Source of the DNA: Cellvibrionales bacterium
GTDB lineage: Bacteria; Pseudomonadota; Gammaproteobacteria; Pseudomonadales; Porticoccaceae
DNA: 59,582 nucleotides
Assembly (NCBI GenBank): GCA_002746135.1
Contig: NVWE01000003.1
Coordinates: forward strand, 168,065 to 227,646
Direction of reading: 5' to 3'
Every line of letters starts with the position of its first letter. Within the stretch, counting starts at the first letter, position 1. The notes beneath the pieces are model-generated. The model ran no database searches. It was not told the DNA's origin and worked only from the letters and a program-made list of their open reading frames with translations. Below are positions 19,326 through 28,347 of the stretch, piece after piece. Made by a program: the position numbers and the translations under genes.

Positions 19326-20705
19326 TCAGTGATCCAGTTTTAGTGCGTAATAGTCCATAAACCCAGTGCGGGCTACGTCCTGAATAACGACATACAGCGG
19401 CAGAATTTCAATGGTGAATACATCGCCGACGATGAAATCGGCAGCACCATCATTGAGGGTTAAATCAATTTGCGAATGGCTAAACGGCGTGCCCACGGTG
19501 GCCGGGCCAATATCGACCGCCTCGGGATCGAGTGCATCAAAAGTACCGCCATTGGCCGCCGCTACAGTGCAGGTCAGGGTGTAAATACCCGGTTTCATGG
19601 CTGCGCCCTGGGCAACGCCGGTTAAGGTGCCGTCACCCGTATTGCCGCCATCAGCCGTGCCGGTGCTGGGTACCGGGCCGAGGCCGATGGTGTTTTCCAC
19701 CACATTGTTGAAACCGGCGATCTGAAAAACACCATCCAGCTCACCATAAATACCGTTGGCATCACTCAGCACCACCGGCAACAATTTGTAGTTTTTAGCG
19801 GTGTAGGTGGCAATGAATTCATCACCAACAAGGTAATCGGCAGCGCCATCAAAAATCGTAAAGCCCAGCAGGCCGTTGTCGTAGGGCACGCCCACCGTCG
19901 CGTCGGCCTGGGCACCTTGTACCGAACCAGTAACCGAAAAGGTGCCACCATCGGCAGCGGCCACCGTGCAGGTGAGCGTCCATACTTCGCTTTGCGCAGA
20001 GGGCGGCAGGGTTACATCACTCAAGCCACCGTCGCCGGTACCCAAATAGGTCACCGCCGCTTCGTCGCCGGTTTCACGCAGCGTGTAAGAGCCATTGAGA
20101 TAGGTATTATTCCAGGGCCAGCACTCCACATTCAGCCAGCTGCCGCTATTAAAGCGCAGAGCTAGACTGCCGCGATCGCCTTTGTAGCCCATAGAGTGAC
20201 TGGTATCGGAATAACGGGTCGCGGGCACACCATCCAACATACCGGCACACACCACCGGGTAGGGGTACTGGCTGGGTGTGCCGTGAGGCAACATTTTGCC
20301 TGCGTAGCCACTTTCGTATACCGGCGTGCCTACTTTCAGGGCCAGGGCAATGCGCTGGGGGTTGACGGTCAGCCAGTAGTCAATGCGATTATTGTGGCCG
20401 GGAATGCCACTTAGCTCGGCACCCGGCTGGGTATCAAAGCTGTTGCCAGACACGTAACCCGTGAAGCCAGCCACCACCAGGTTGTAATAGTCAGCACCAA
20501 TATCGTGATAAGTTCGAAAGCCGATGAAGATTTCTTCGGTGCCGCTGAAACCTACGCCCTTTAATATCAACTCACGCTCGAAGGCAACATTGTCAAAGCG
20601 CAGCACCGTCCAGCCATTGGTCTCGGCCAGCGCTTTGATTTCGTCGAGCATCATGTAATGGGCCAGCGTGCCTGCGTTTTGCACAAAGCCAATCTTTACC
20701 GCCAT
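19326..20705 (-). CDS. hypothetical tail-module protein with an internal ~60-aa domain duplication
   Basis: 459 aa. aa 241-300 and 375-432 share (W/Y)TLTCTVAAA(D/N)GGTF...VG(V/T)P(Y/F)...DGAAD(Y/F)(L/I)VGD. Confidence 0.45.
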   Translation of the reverse strand: MAVKIGFVQNAGTLAHYMMLDEIKALAETNGWTVLRFDNVAFERELILKGVGFSGTEEIFIGFRTYHDIGADYYNLVVAGFTGYVSGNSFDTQPGAELSGIPGHNNRIDYWLTVNPQRIALALKVGTPVYESGYAGKMLPHGTPSQYPYPVVCAGMLDGVPATRYSDTSHSMGYKGDRGSLALRFNSGSWLNVECWPWNNTYLNGSYTLRETGDEAAVTYLGTGDGGLSDVTLPPSAQSEVWTLTCTVAAADGGTFSVTGSVQGAQADATVGVPYDNGLLGFTIFDGAADYLVGDEFIATYTAKNYKLLPVVLSDANGIYGELDGVFQIAGFNNVVENTIGLGPVPSTGTADGGNTGDGTLTGVAQGAAMKPGIYTLTCTVAAANGGTFDALDPEAVDIGPATVGTPFSHSQIDLTLNDGAADFIVGDVFTIEILPLYVVIQDVARTGFMDYYALKLDH

Positions 20706-20744
20706 GGGTTTACCTCTTTACTTAATCTGTTTGAAAAGGCGCGC

Positions 20745-23669
20745 CTACGCACCATTGACAATTTGGCTCAACTTGCCGGGGTTGCGACTCAGGTGAAGAA
20801 AAATCACATCCTCGCCCTGGCTACCGCGCATGCCATCGGCAATGCGATCGGGATCATCCACCAACATAAAGCGCTGATTCACCGACACGTCCGGGGCCAG
20901 TGCGGCGGCGGGCTGGGCCAGCTGGCCACTGTCAGACGGCATGGATGGCGCAGGGAAAACGGGGTCGGGCACACCCGCCAGGCCACCGGTGTTGTGACCC
21001 ACACGCAGGGCATACTGGTTTAAAGCCGCCATGCCGTAGCGGTTAAAATCGTAGAGAAAGGCCAGCGCGCCGGGCTGGGTAACGACCGCCGCCCGCGTGA
21101 CAAATTCCTCATGGCTGAGGCTGGCGGCAATGCTATCGCTGGTGCCGGTACCCGGCCCGCGCACCTGGCCACCGGTGGCCGCTGCGACCCCGCCACTACC
21201 GCCGAAAAATCCGGCGGCCGCGCTCAAAAAACCACTGGCGCTATCACCGCCACTACCTACCGCCTGAGCAGCAACAGCGGCGGCCAGTAAGCTGGTGGCG
21301 GCAACTTCAATCGCCAGCGCTCCCGGCACCAGGGATGCCGACGCCGTACCCAGCGCCAACGATGATGCCGACACAGCTGCAGCGCCTTTTACCAGCCCCT
21401 CATCTTGCTTATCACCACCGCCAAAAATGCTAGTCGTCACCGAGTTGGCAATTTTCTGTGCTGCCAGTTGCGCCAGTGAACGGGCGATATCACGGGCCAT
21501 GCCTTGCACCGCTTCACGAATGGTCAGTGTTCGGGTCGCCAGGCCCTCCAGTGCATTACTCAAGCCATCTTCAAAGCCGCGCTGAATAGCCTGGGCGGTT
21601 TCATCCACCACCACACGCATACGGCCCAGCTCGGCCTGCAGGTCTTTAACCCGCTCAAGGGCTGCGGGGTCACCGGTCACGGCGGCCAGCTCTTGCATTA
21701 AGGGCAACAGCTTTTCAACCTCGGCAGCGGTGGCAGCATGCAGATCAACAATTTGCTGGCGGGCATTAATTTCGCTAATGGTGCCAGCCTGCAATTGCGT
21801 GTCTATCGACTGCTCAGTGCGGGCCTGGTCGCTAAACAAACGGTCGATTTCCGCCTGTAATTCAGCCATGCGGGCACCGGCTTGCTCGACATTAATCAGC
21901 CGATTAATCAGTGCCACGCCTTCTTCATCGCCCACGGCCTGCAGGCGCTGGCTGATCTCGGCAAACTGCTGGCTCAATTCAATCGCCAGGGCGTCAAACT
22001 CATTGCCCTGGCCGCGCAACAACTGGGCACGAATGCCGCTGATGGTGCTGGCATCGGCATCGGCCTGTTGCTTGCGCTCATCGGCATCAATCGCGGCGGT
22101 GGCAGCCTGGGCGCGTTGTAGCAGCGCACCGGTGAGGCCCTTTTCGGCAAGTTCGTAGGCGCGCACCTGGTCGGTGCTGAGGCTCAGTACCGCGACCTGG
22201 CGTTCAAGATCATTGACGTAATTCTTTTGTGATTTTGCCAGCGACTCAGCCGCCCGCTTTTCCGCTTTCGCCTGCTCGACAGACGCACGGCGGGCATCGA
22301 GCTGCTCGGCATATTTCAGCAGCAGTGCTTGCTGGTCAGCGTCGAGTTTACCCAGCAGTTTTTGCTCGATGGCGTAGCGCACTTTGACGGCTTCGCTGGT
22401 TTCGCCAAGTAGCGTCGCCTGCTTTTTTAAATTTACGAGTAGTTGTTGGTATTGCTTATTGATAGCGGGCGGAATGATGGGATCGTCACCACCTTCATCG
22501 GCCTCTGCGTCGCCAGCACCTTTGCCCGCATCCTTTTTCTTTTGCGCGGCTAGCAGTAGATCGCGCTCTGCTTTTAGTTGGGCTTCTAATTGTTTTAGTT
22601 CGTCCTGAGACGTAAAGAGGAAGCCAACACCACCCGCGAGCCAGCCACGCTGGGCTTTTTGGACGTCGTAAATTTGTCGCTCAAGGGCTTCCAGCGGATC
22701 AAGAGTGCCAGTAATTGACTGCACAATGGTATCAAGGCTAACTCCCAAATCACCGAGCTCAGCCGCCAGCTCTATGCCGCCGGTAGCAAGCCCTGCCAGC
22801 AACTCAATCAGTGTCGTAAAGGCGGCCTTGGTACCCGGCTCCTGGAGCACACCCGCGAGGCCTGAAATGCTATCGGCCAGATCATTCGTGACGCCAGTGC
22901 CCGTTACCGTGTCGCCAACCAGAAACAAGACGGAATTATCTAACTCCACCAGGGCCTGGCTCATTAATTTAACGCGGGTATCGAATTTTTCATCGACAAA
23001 ATCATCTGCGGCCAATAAGGCTTTAACCATCACATCGCTGGTTAATCGACCTGCGTCGGCCATCTTTTTCAGCTCACCAATTTCGACACCAAGACCCTTG
23101 GCCAGAGCATCGCGCAAGCCTTGCGCCTGCTCACTAATACTGCGGAATTCGTCGCCACGAAGTACGCCCGAGGATAAGGCCTGCCCAAACTGAACCAGGG
23201 CGGCATCAGCGCTTTGTGCCGTGCCACCTGTAATCGCAATCGACTTAGCAACAATCTCTGTCAGCCGAGCGGTCTCAGCCTGGGTGATGTTGAGTGTCTT
23301 GCCATTTTGTGCGAAGCGCTGATAAATAGTGGCCGTGGAATCAATAGAGGAAGAGGTTTTCTGGGAAATATCAAAGACTATTTGCGTGACAGCCGCCAAC
23401 TCTTCATTGGTTTCTGTCACCAGGCGCAGACGGTTCTGCAAGGCCCCGTACTCATCTGCACTGCGCAGTATTGCGCGGGTTGCAAAGACGGCGGCCGTTA
23501 CAGTCGCCACTCCCTTCATGGTGCTGCTCAGCGTTTTGAATTTCTTATCGGTTTTATCGGTAGCGTCACCGACATCATCAATATCGTTGGTGAGCTTATC
23601 GAGGTCACGGCGGGCCTGGTCAAGATCGGCCTTCATCTTTAACGCGAGTTCGAGTTTTTGCTTTGCCAC
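20745..23669 (-). CDS. tail tape measure protein
   Basis: 974 aa, Ala/Gln/Leu-rich coiled-coil-like sequence directly downstream of the chaperone gene. GTG start. Confidence 0.85.
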   Translation of the reverse strand: MAKQKLELALKMKADLDQARRDLDKLTNDIDDVGDATDKTDKKFKTLSSTMKGVATVTAAVFATRAILRSADEYGALQNRLRLVTETNEELAAVTQIVFDISQKTSSSIDSTATIYQRFAQNGKTLNITQAETARLTEIVAKSIAITGGTAQSADAALVQFGQALSSGVLRGDEFRSISEQAQGLRDALAKGLGVEIGELKKMADAGRLTSDVMVKALLAADDFVDEKFDTRVKLMSQALVELDNSVLFLVGDTVTGTGVTNDLADSISGLAGVLQEPGTKAAFTTLIELLAGLATGGIELAAELGDLGVSLDTIVQSITGTLDPLEALERQIYDVQKAQRGWLAGGVGFLFTSQDELKQLEAQLKAERDLLLAAQKKKDAGKGAGDAEADEGGDDPIIPPAINKQYQQLLVNLKKQATLLGETSEAVKVRYAIEQKLLGKLDADQQALLLKYAEQLDARRASVEQAKAEKRAAESLAKSQKNYVNDLERQVAVLSLSTDQVRAYELAEKGLTGALLQRAQAATAAIDADERKQQADADASTISGIRAQLLRGQGNEFDALAIELSQQFAEISQRLQAVGDEEGVALINRLINVEQAGARMAELQAEIDRLFSDQARTEQSIDTQLQAGTISEINARQQIVDLHAATAAEVEKLLPLMQELAAVTGDPAALERVKDLQAELGRMRVVVDETAQAIQRGFEDGLSNALEGLATRTLTIREAVQGMARDIARSLAQLAAQKIANSVTTSIFGGGDKQDEGLVKGAAAVSASSLALGTASASLVPGALAIEVAATSLLAAAVAAQAVGSGGDSASGFLSAAAGFFGGSGGVAAATGGQVRGPGTGTSDSIAASLSHEEFVTRAAVVTQPGALAFLYDFNRYGMAALNQYALRVGHNTGGLAGVPDPVFPAPSMPSDSGQLAQPAAALAPDVSVNQRFMLVDDPDRIADGMRGSQGEDVIFLHLSRNPGKLSQIVNGA

Positions 23670-23882
23670 GGCCTGCTACCCCACTATTTAACAGGGGGTA
23701 GCGTCGCTCAGCGGGGGTTTAAAGTCTTTTGAACCGGGACAAAAAAGAGGGGGCTTTGACGGGGCGGATGACGCGATATTCTTTGACGCGGCCATGGCGA
23801 ATAGAGAAGGCGCTAACCTCCGTTTACTAGAGCAGGGCTTTCAGCATTTTTTCCGTATGCTCAACACTGGCGCCAGCGGCGT

Positions 23883-24491
23883 TTATGTCGAGGATTCGCT
23901 CGCGCCGTTGTTGGCGCTCGCGGCGCTGGCAAGTGGCGTACCAGAGGAGAAGCTGTCGCCGGGTATAGCGGCCGATTTGTCCTGCTCCGTTGCCGGGCTG
24001 GTGGCCGTGGGCGATGAGGCAGGTGTAGAGTTCAGCCCAGGGGACACTGCCTTGCTGGCCAGTTGTACTGCCGCCAGTTCCTGTTGCGCCATCTGTAGTT
24101 GGCGCAGGCACTGGCGTAGAAAAAAAGGGCCGCAAGCACCCCACCAGGCCATCAGCAATAAATTGCCGTCGTTATCATTCAGATCATTGATAAAGTCACG
24201 ATCGACATCGGCACTAATGGCCACCAGTTGCAAAACAACGTCGTAATGGTCGCCAATCAGGGCCTCGATACGTTCAAAGGCGAATGTTTCACCCTCGGCA
24301 ATAGCGTCTCGCAAGGCATCGGCAAAAGGTTTTGCCAGCGCGCGCAACTGCAAGCCTTCGACGAAGCTGTACTCACGCACGATGAGATCCCGGTGACTCA
24401 AGGTCAGGTAGCGCTCGGAATGGAGGATGTCAAGATCAGAGGTTTCGGGCTCAGCGGGGTTAACAGGCTGAGCGGGTACTTTTTTAGCCAT
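23883..24491 (-). CDS. tail assembly chaperone (G-like); possible -1 frameshift fusion with frame 23827-24126
   Basis: 202 aa, located between the tail tube and tape measure genes. An internal T7 tract sits where an overlapping -1 frame ORF (23827..24144) is open. Confidence 0.55.
   Translation of the reverse strand: MAKKVPAQPVNPAEPETSDLDILHSERYLTLSHRDLIVREYSFVEGLQLRALAKPFADALRDAIAEGETFAFERIEALIGDHYDVVLQLVAISADVDRDFINDLNDNDGNLLLMAWWGACGPFFLRQCLRQLQMAQQELAAVQLASKAVSPGLNSTPASSPTATSPATEQDKSAAIPGDSFSSGTPLASAASANNGASESST
24120..24126 (-). promoter_or_regulatory. candidate -1 programmed ribosomal frameshift slippery heptamer (U UUU UUU)
   Basis: Zero frame CCT TTT TTT CTA (P F F L). A -1 slip continues TCT ACG CCA (S T P...) in an ORF open to 23827. 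A nested stem (GCCAGT 24115-24110 / ACTGGC 24078-24073, inner GCGCCA 24105-24100 / TGGCGC 24091-24086) starts 4 nt downstream. Confidence 0.4.
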
Positions 24492-24493
24492 GA

Positions 24494-25252
24494 TTACTCG
24501 CTCAACAGTTCCATGCGGCCGTAGCCACCCAGGGCGGCATCGAGCACGGCGGTGGTGTCCAGCAAGGCGGTGCCGCTGAGTTTTAAATCACCGAAGCTGT
24601 CGTTGATTAAGTCGAGCTGGCTGGCGGGGTTAAATTTCAGGCGGTACATGCGCACGCGCATCAGGTCGGCTGAACCGTCAACCGTATTGAAGCCATCCAT
24701 AATCAAATAGCGCACGGGCGGGGCCTGGGTAAACAGGGTGATATCGGTATTGCCTGCGTAGTCGTAGGCCGCCTTAAAGGGCTGAGTGTAAGCGGCCAAG
24801 TCGAGCATGCTGATACGGCCGTAATTAGCGTCATCCAGGGCGTAGTCTGTGTCCAGAGTCAGAGTGGCAGGCGTGCCTAAGGAGTCGGTCACCTCCAGGC
24901 TACTAACGTTGCCACGGTCGAGGGCAATAACATCACCGACCGCAACAGGGTTGGGAAACGGCTCCTCGGTTATCGAGCCACCAGCGATAGTATTGACTTC
25001 ACCGTACAAGCCCAGGGCGAGGTTTTTTGCCTCACCGTGGTTGAGGGTGAGATCAAAAGTCACTTCCAGCGCCTTGGCGATGGTGGCACTGGTTTGGCGC
25101 AGACCACTGTAGCTCTCGCTGCGTTTTTCCTCACTTTGCGAGGCTTTAATGCTGAGTAGCGCGGCATCATTAACCCAGCGCATGGCACCGGGCTTGCCGG
25201 TTGACAGGCGCTCACCTAAAAATACTTTGCCTTGAAAACTAAAATCTTGCAT
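24494..25252 (-). CDS. major tail tube protein (siphovirus type)
   Basis: 252 aa, located immediately upstream of the chaperone/TMP pair. Confidence 0.55.
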   Translation of the reverse strand: MQDFSFQGKVFLGERLSTGKPGAMRWVNDAALLSIKASQSEEKRSESYSGLRQTSATIAKALEVTFDLTLNHGEAKNLALGLYGEVNTIAGGSITEEPFPNPVAVGDVIALDRGNVSSLEVTDSLGTPATLTLDTDYALDDANYGRISMLDLAAYTQPFKAAYDYAGNTDITLFTQAPPVRYLIMDGFNTVDGSADLMRVRMYRLKFNPASQLDLINDSFGDLKLSGTALLDTTAVLDAALGGYGRMELLSE

Positions 25253-25319
25253 GGGGCTATCCTCGCTTGGGTTTGATTCTGGGCTTAACTAAAAACGCTA
25301 CTCAAATGCGCTGGCGCTT

Positions 25320-25520
25320 TTACTTCGCGGCAGCTGGCAGGGCTTTTTTAACCAACCCGGCGTCGGCCTTACTGATAATGTCTCGCTCCGCCAAGAAATA
25401 GGCGGTGGGACGATTGACGTGAATCACCGCATCTTTACCGTACTCGCGGCCAGCGTGGGTGTGGGTTTTCAACAGGGTAACGGGGTGGGTTGTTTTAGGG
25501 CCGTCAGTTAACTCGGTCAT
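25320..25520 (-). CDS. hypothetical small phage protein
   Basis: 66-aa ORF in the neck/tail junction region. Confidence 0.3.
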   Translation of the reverse strand: MTELTDGPKTTHPVTLLKTHTHAGREYGKDAVIHVNRPTAYFLAERDIISKADAGLVKKALPAAAK

Positions 25521-25544
25521 TTTGTACTCCGGTTTGTTGCGCGT

Positions 25545-25994
25545 TTAACGCGTGAGAAAATGGCGCACGCTGAATACGTCAATCCATAACAGCGTGCTGG
25601 CGTCGTAGTCCATTACATCGCCCTGCATCCAGCGGATGGGGCGGTGCTTTTTAATGTCGACACTCCAACCCATCAGCGCACCGCGCACGGCGGCAATAAT
25701 GGGTGAGGCGTCAGCGGTGGCGGCACTGCCTACGCTGTCGCGAAAATTCCGTACGGCAACCACCACACCAAACAGGCTTTCGACCTGTTGCGCACCACTG
25801 GGGCGACGCTGGGGGTTGTCAATGTCGGGGGAAATGTCTTTTTCGCCCGCCGGCACCACATAGGCGCTCGGGGTGCGAAAGCTGCTCAGCGACTCAATGG
25901 CCGCATAGTCGGCAGCGGCACCGACTTCCTGTAACTCACTCACCTCAGCCACTAAACGGGCGATGCTGGGGGTTAAATCAAAGGGGCTCATCAT
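25545..25994 (-). CDS. head-tail joining/neck protein (Mu gp37-like)
   Basis: 149 aa, located directly after the DUF1320 gene as in Mu-like head modules. Confidence 0.4.
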   Translation of the reverse strand: MMSPFDLTPSIARLVAEVSELQEVGAAADYAAIESLSSFRTPSAYVVPAGEKDISPDIDNPQRRPSGAQQVESLFGVVVAVRNFRDSVGSAATADASPIIAAVRGALMGWSVDIKKHRPIRWMQGDVMDYDASTLLWIDVFSVRHFLTR

Positions 25995-26003
25995 GGCGGC
26001 AAC

Positions 26004-26522
26004 TCAGCGAAACTTGTTGAGCTGGTCGCGGCCAAACACATTGGGGTCTGACTCAAACATCACGTCGATGGCATCGGGGCCGGTGGTCACCGGGTCGGCA
26101 GCGCCCAGGCTAAATTTGCCCTGGGACGTTTGCTGCAGCAAGCGCGTGGCATCACGGTAGCCCCGCGAAATGGGGTCTTTACCGTCTTCACCGAGGCGAT
26201 GCTTGTGCAAAAAATAGCGTGTAATGTCACGCGCCCAGCCCACCACCAGGGGCGGTACCGGGCTCAGCGGCAGGGTGTAACCGCGCTGAGCCAGAAAGCC
26301 GTCAATAATGCTCTCGGCCTCGGTAATGGCATCGGCAATACGGGCCAATGCACCATCGGCAATATTGGTTTCGTCGGTGGGCCAGGCACCGCGGTCAGCA
26401 CCCCGCAGGGTTGCCTCCATCAGGTCATCTTCGACCTTTTTATGGTGGTCAGCCGTCGCCACCTGGGCCAACTCTCTGGCACCGGGGCGTTCGGCTAACT
26501 GGGCGGTGCTGAGATAGTTCAC
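26004..26522 (-). CDS. DUF1320 head-tail connector protein (Mu gp36-like)
   Basis: 172 aa. N-terminus NYLSTAQLAER and ITEAESIIDGFLAQRGYTLPL...ITRYFL match the DUF1320 pattern. GTG start with SD agagg. Confidence 0.7.
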   Translation of the reverse strand: MNYLSTAQLAERPGARELAQVATADHHKKVEDDLMEATLRGADRGAWPTDETNIADGALARIADAITEAESIIDGFLAQRGYTLPLSPVPPLVVGWARDITRYFLHKHRLGEDGKDPISRGYRDATRLLQQTSQGKFSLGAADPVTTGPDAIDVMFESDPNVFGRDQLNKFR

Positions 26523-26545
26523 GGCTGGCCTCTAAATGTCCCGCG

Positions 26546-26827
26546 TTAAACGCCGGTCACTTCTTCGACGATGAGGTCGGGATCATTGTTGAAAATCTCC
26601 ACCTCTTCATCAGTCAGTGCTGTCAGGGCAATGCCAAAACCCGTTTCGTCAAAACGGTGGCCGCAACGGCGGATAGAGCCAGATTTGGCTTTGATCCACA
26701 GGGCTGGGATGACCTCTTCTTTGGAATCTGCTTTAGGCTTAGGATCTGCTTTGGGCTTGGGGGCGGCTTTGGGACTGGCTTTATTAGTGGCTGTTTTGGC
26801 CGCTGTTTTTTCTGCTGGTGCTGTCAT
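26546..26827 (-). CDS. HI1506/FluMu-like small head-region protein
   Basis: The preferred ATG is at 26827, with SD ggaga. Lys/Pro/Ala-rich N-terminus, then ALWIKAKSGSIRRCGHRFDETGFGIAL..LTDEEVEIFNNDPDLIVEEV. Confidence 0.5.
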   Translation of the reverse strand: MTAPAEKTAAKTATNKASPKAAPKPKADPKPKADSKEEVIPALWIKAKSGSIRRCGHRFDETGFGIALTALTDEEVEIFNNDPDLIVEEVTGV

Positions 26828-26915
26828 CGTGTTCTCCAAATAAAAGCTCGGACTTATTGCGAGGGTCACTGCCGAGGGGCGACTTAAACGCCAGGGTAGG
26901 ATTTTTCAGGGTGGC

Positions 26916-27809
26916 TTAGGCCAACCAGGGCGTGCTGAGTACTTCGACCACATCGCGGTTGATGTTGGTGGCGCCATTGGCATCGCGCTCAGCCTTGACC
27001 ACGGTCAGGGCAACTGCACGCAGGCTCGGTGGCACAACTAACAGCCGGGGTCGAATACCCAGGGGTCGGGCGTTGTCGCCTTTCAGGCTTTGCATAGCGG
27101 CATAAACGGTGTTGAAGTTGGCCGTATCCAGCGTTGCTTTACTGCCATAGGCCAGCTGCCACAAACCGAAACCAACATTCAGGCGGGCATCGGCACCGTA
27201 GAAAAATTGTTTACGCATAAAGACGTTTTCATCGGTCTCGCTGTCCATCATCACAAATTGGTGGGCCTTGCGGTTTTGTTTGATGATGGGCTTCATGACC
27301 CGTGTGTCATCAATCAAAAACCACGGAGCTCCGCCACCGGCCTGGTAATTACTGACCGACTGCTCAACACCGTTTTCGTCCAGTACCGGGTGATCGGTAT
27401 CAAACATAAATTGACCGTCATAGCATTTGCGGGCAAAGCCTGCCTGCAATAGCGGCCAGACCAGGGTGGCAGCATGCTCGCGGGCATCCTGGCCAAGTTG
27501 TTGCATCAGCGGGCTATAGATACCGTACTGATCATCCTCAATGGCATCACGGGGCACACCAACGGTGTTCTCAAAGGATTTGTTTTTGATGCTGTAGTCG
27601 TGCTGCATCAAGTTCTGGATAACTCGATCACCAACCCACTCGCGGTAACCCGTGTTAGCACCCAGCCAGCCGTATTGCTCGATGGCTGTTGTGGAGTTGA
27701 CCTCCATCACCAGACGCTCGTAATCAGGCGCTGCACCTTCAAAGCCCTGGTCAAACGAGGACTGAAAGCCGGTGTGCAAAATGCTCAAATTAGCGCGGTT
27801 AATAATCAT
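26916..27809 (-). CDS. major capsid protein (Mu gpT-like)
   Basis: 297 aa, located after the protease/scaffold and decoration genes. N-terminus MIINRANLSILHTGFQSSFDQGF is typical of the Mu T family. Confidence 0.8.
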   Translation of the reverse strand: MIINRANLSILHTGFQSSFDQGFEGAAPDYERLVMEVNSTTAIEQYGWLGANTGYREWVGDRVIQNLMQHDYSIKNKSFENTVGVPRDAIEDDQYGIYSPLMQQLGQDAREHAATLVWPLLQAGFARKCYDGQFMFDTDHPVLDENGVEQSVSNYQAGGGAPWFLIDDTRVMKPIIKQNRKAHQFVMMDSETDENVFMRKQFFYGADARLNVGFGLWQLAYGSKATLDTANFNTVYAAMQSLKGDNARPLGIRPRLLVVPPSLRAVALTVVKAERDANGATNINRDVVEVLSTPWLA

Positions 27810-27867
27810 AAAGTGTCTCCAGGGACGTGGTGCTAATCAATCAAATAAGGCGTTAAGTGGTGAGGGC

Positions 27868-28272
27868 TTAGGCGAACTCGACCCAGACACCCGTACTGTC
27901 GACATCGACAATTTTTCCGGCGACAGAGCGCGTGTTCGTGCCATTGGTCAGGGCCACGGTGCCATCGTCGACGATGTAGCAATCGCCACCGACATCATCC
28001 AGGGCAATTTCATCAGCGGCGGCGCTGTTGCCAAAATGAAACACGCCTTTGCGTACCGGCACGCTGACATCACCAGCAGCACCGGCGCTGTTATCGACAA
28101 ACTCTTCGGCAACGCCAACGGCAATTAGGCCGATGGCAGCACTGCCGGGCGCACCCCAGCCAGCGGCCAGGACAACAATGCCTCCGGCATAGATGGTTGT
28201 AGCGGCATCAGCGGGGAAGCTGAACTGGACGCCATCACGGCGCTTGGTATTACGGTCTTTGCTTAGGGCCAT
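27868..28272 (-). CDS. DUF2190-like head decoration/cement protein
   Basis: 134 aa, Gly/Ala/Val-rich beta-type sequence between the protease/scaffold and capsid genes. Confidence 0.45.
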   Translation of the reverse strand: MALSKDRNTKRRDGVQFSFPADAATTIYAGGIVVLAAGWGAPGSAAIGLIAVGVAEEFVDNSAGAAGDVSVPVRKGVFHFGNSAAADEIALDDVGGDCYIVDDGTVALTNGTNTRSVAGKIVDVDSTGVWVEFA

Positions 28273-28347
28273 GATGGCTCTCCTTTGCTGTTTGTCTTAA
28301 AAACGGGTGTTACTAATCAGAGCTAAAACGCGTCGCGGCACCCGTAG

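Noticed and set aside
19410-19985. Diversity-generating retroelement (template/variable repeat pair) in a tail gene
   Set aside because: No reverse transcriptase ORF occurs anywhere in the window. DNA identity between the two repeats is only moderate, and the differences are not confined to adenines.
23675-23702. 8-bp hairpin (gctacccc/ggggtagc) just upstream of the tape-measure GTG start, considered as a terminator
   Set aside because: No T-tract follows it on the coding strand, and it lies inside an operon. It may affect translation initiation, but that is unsupported.
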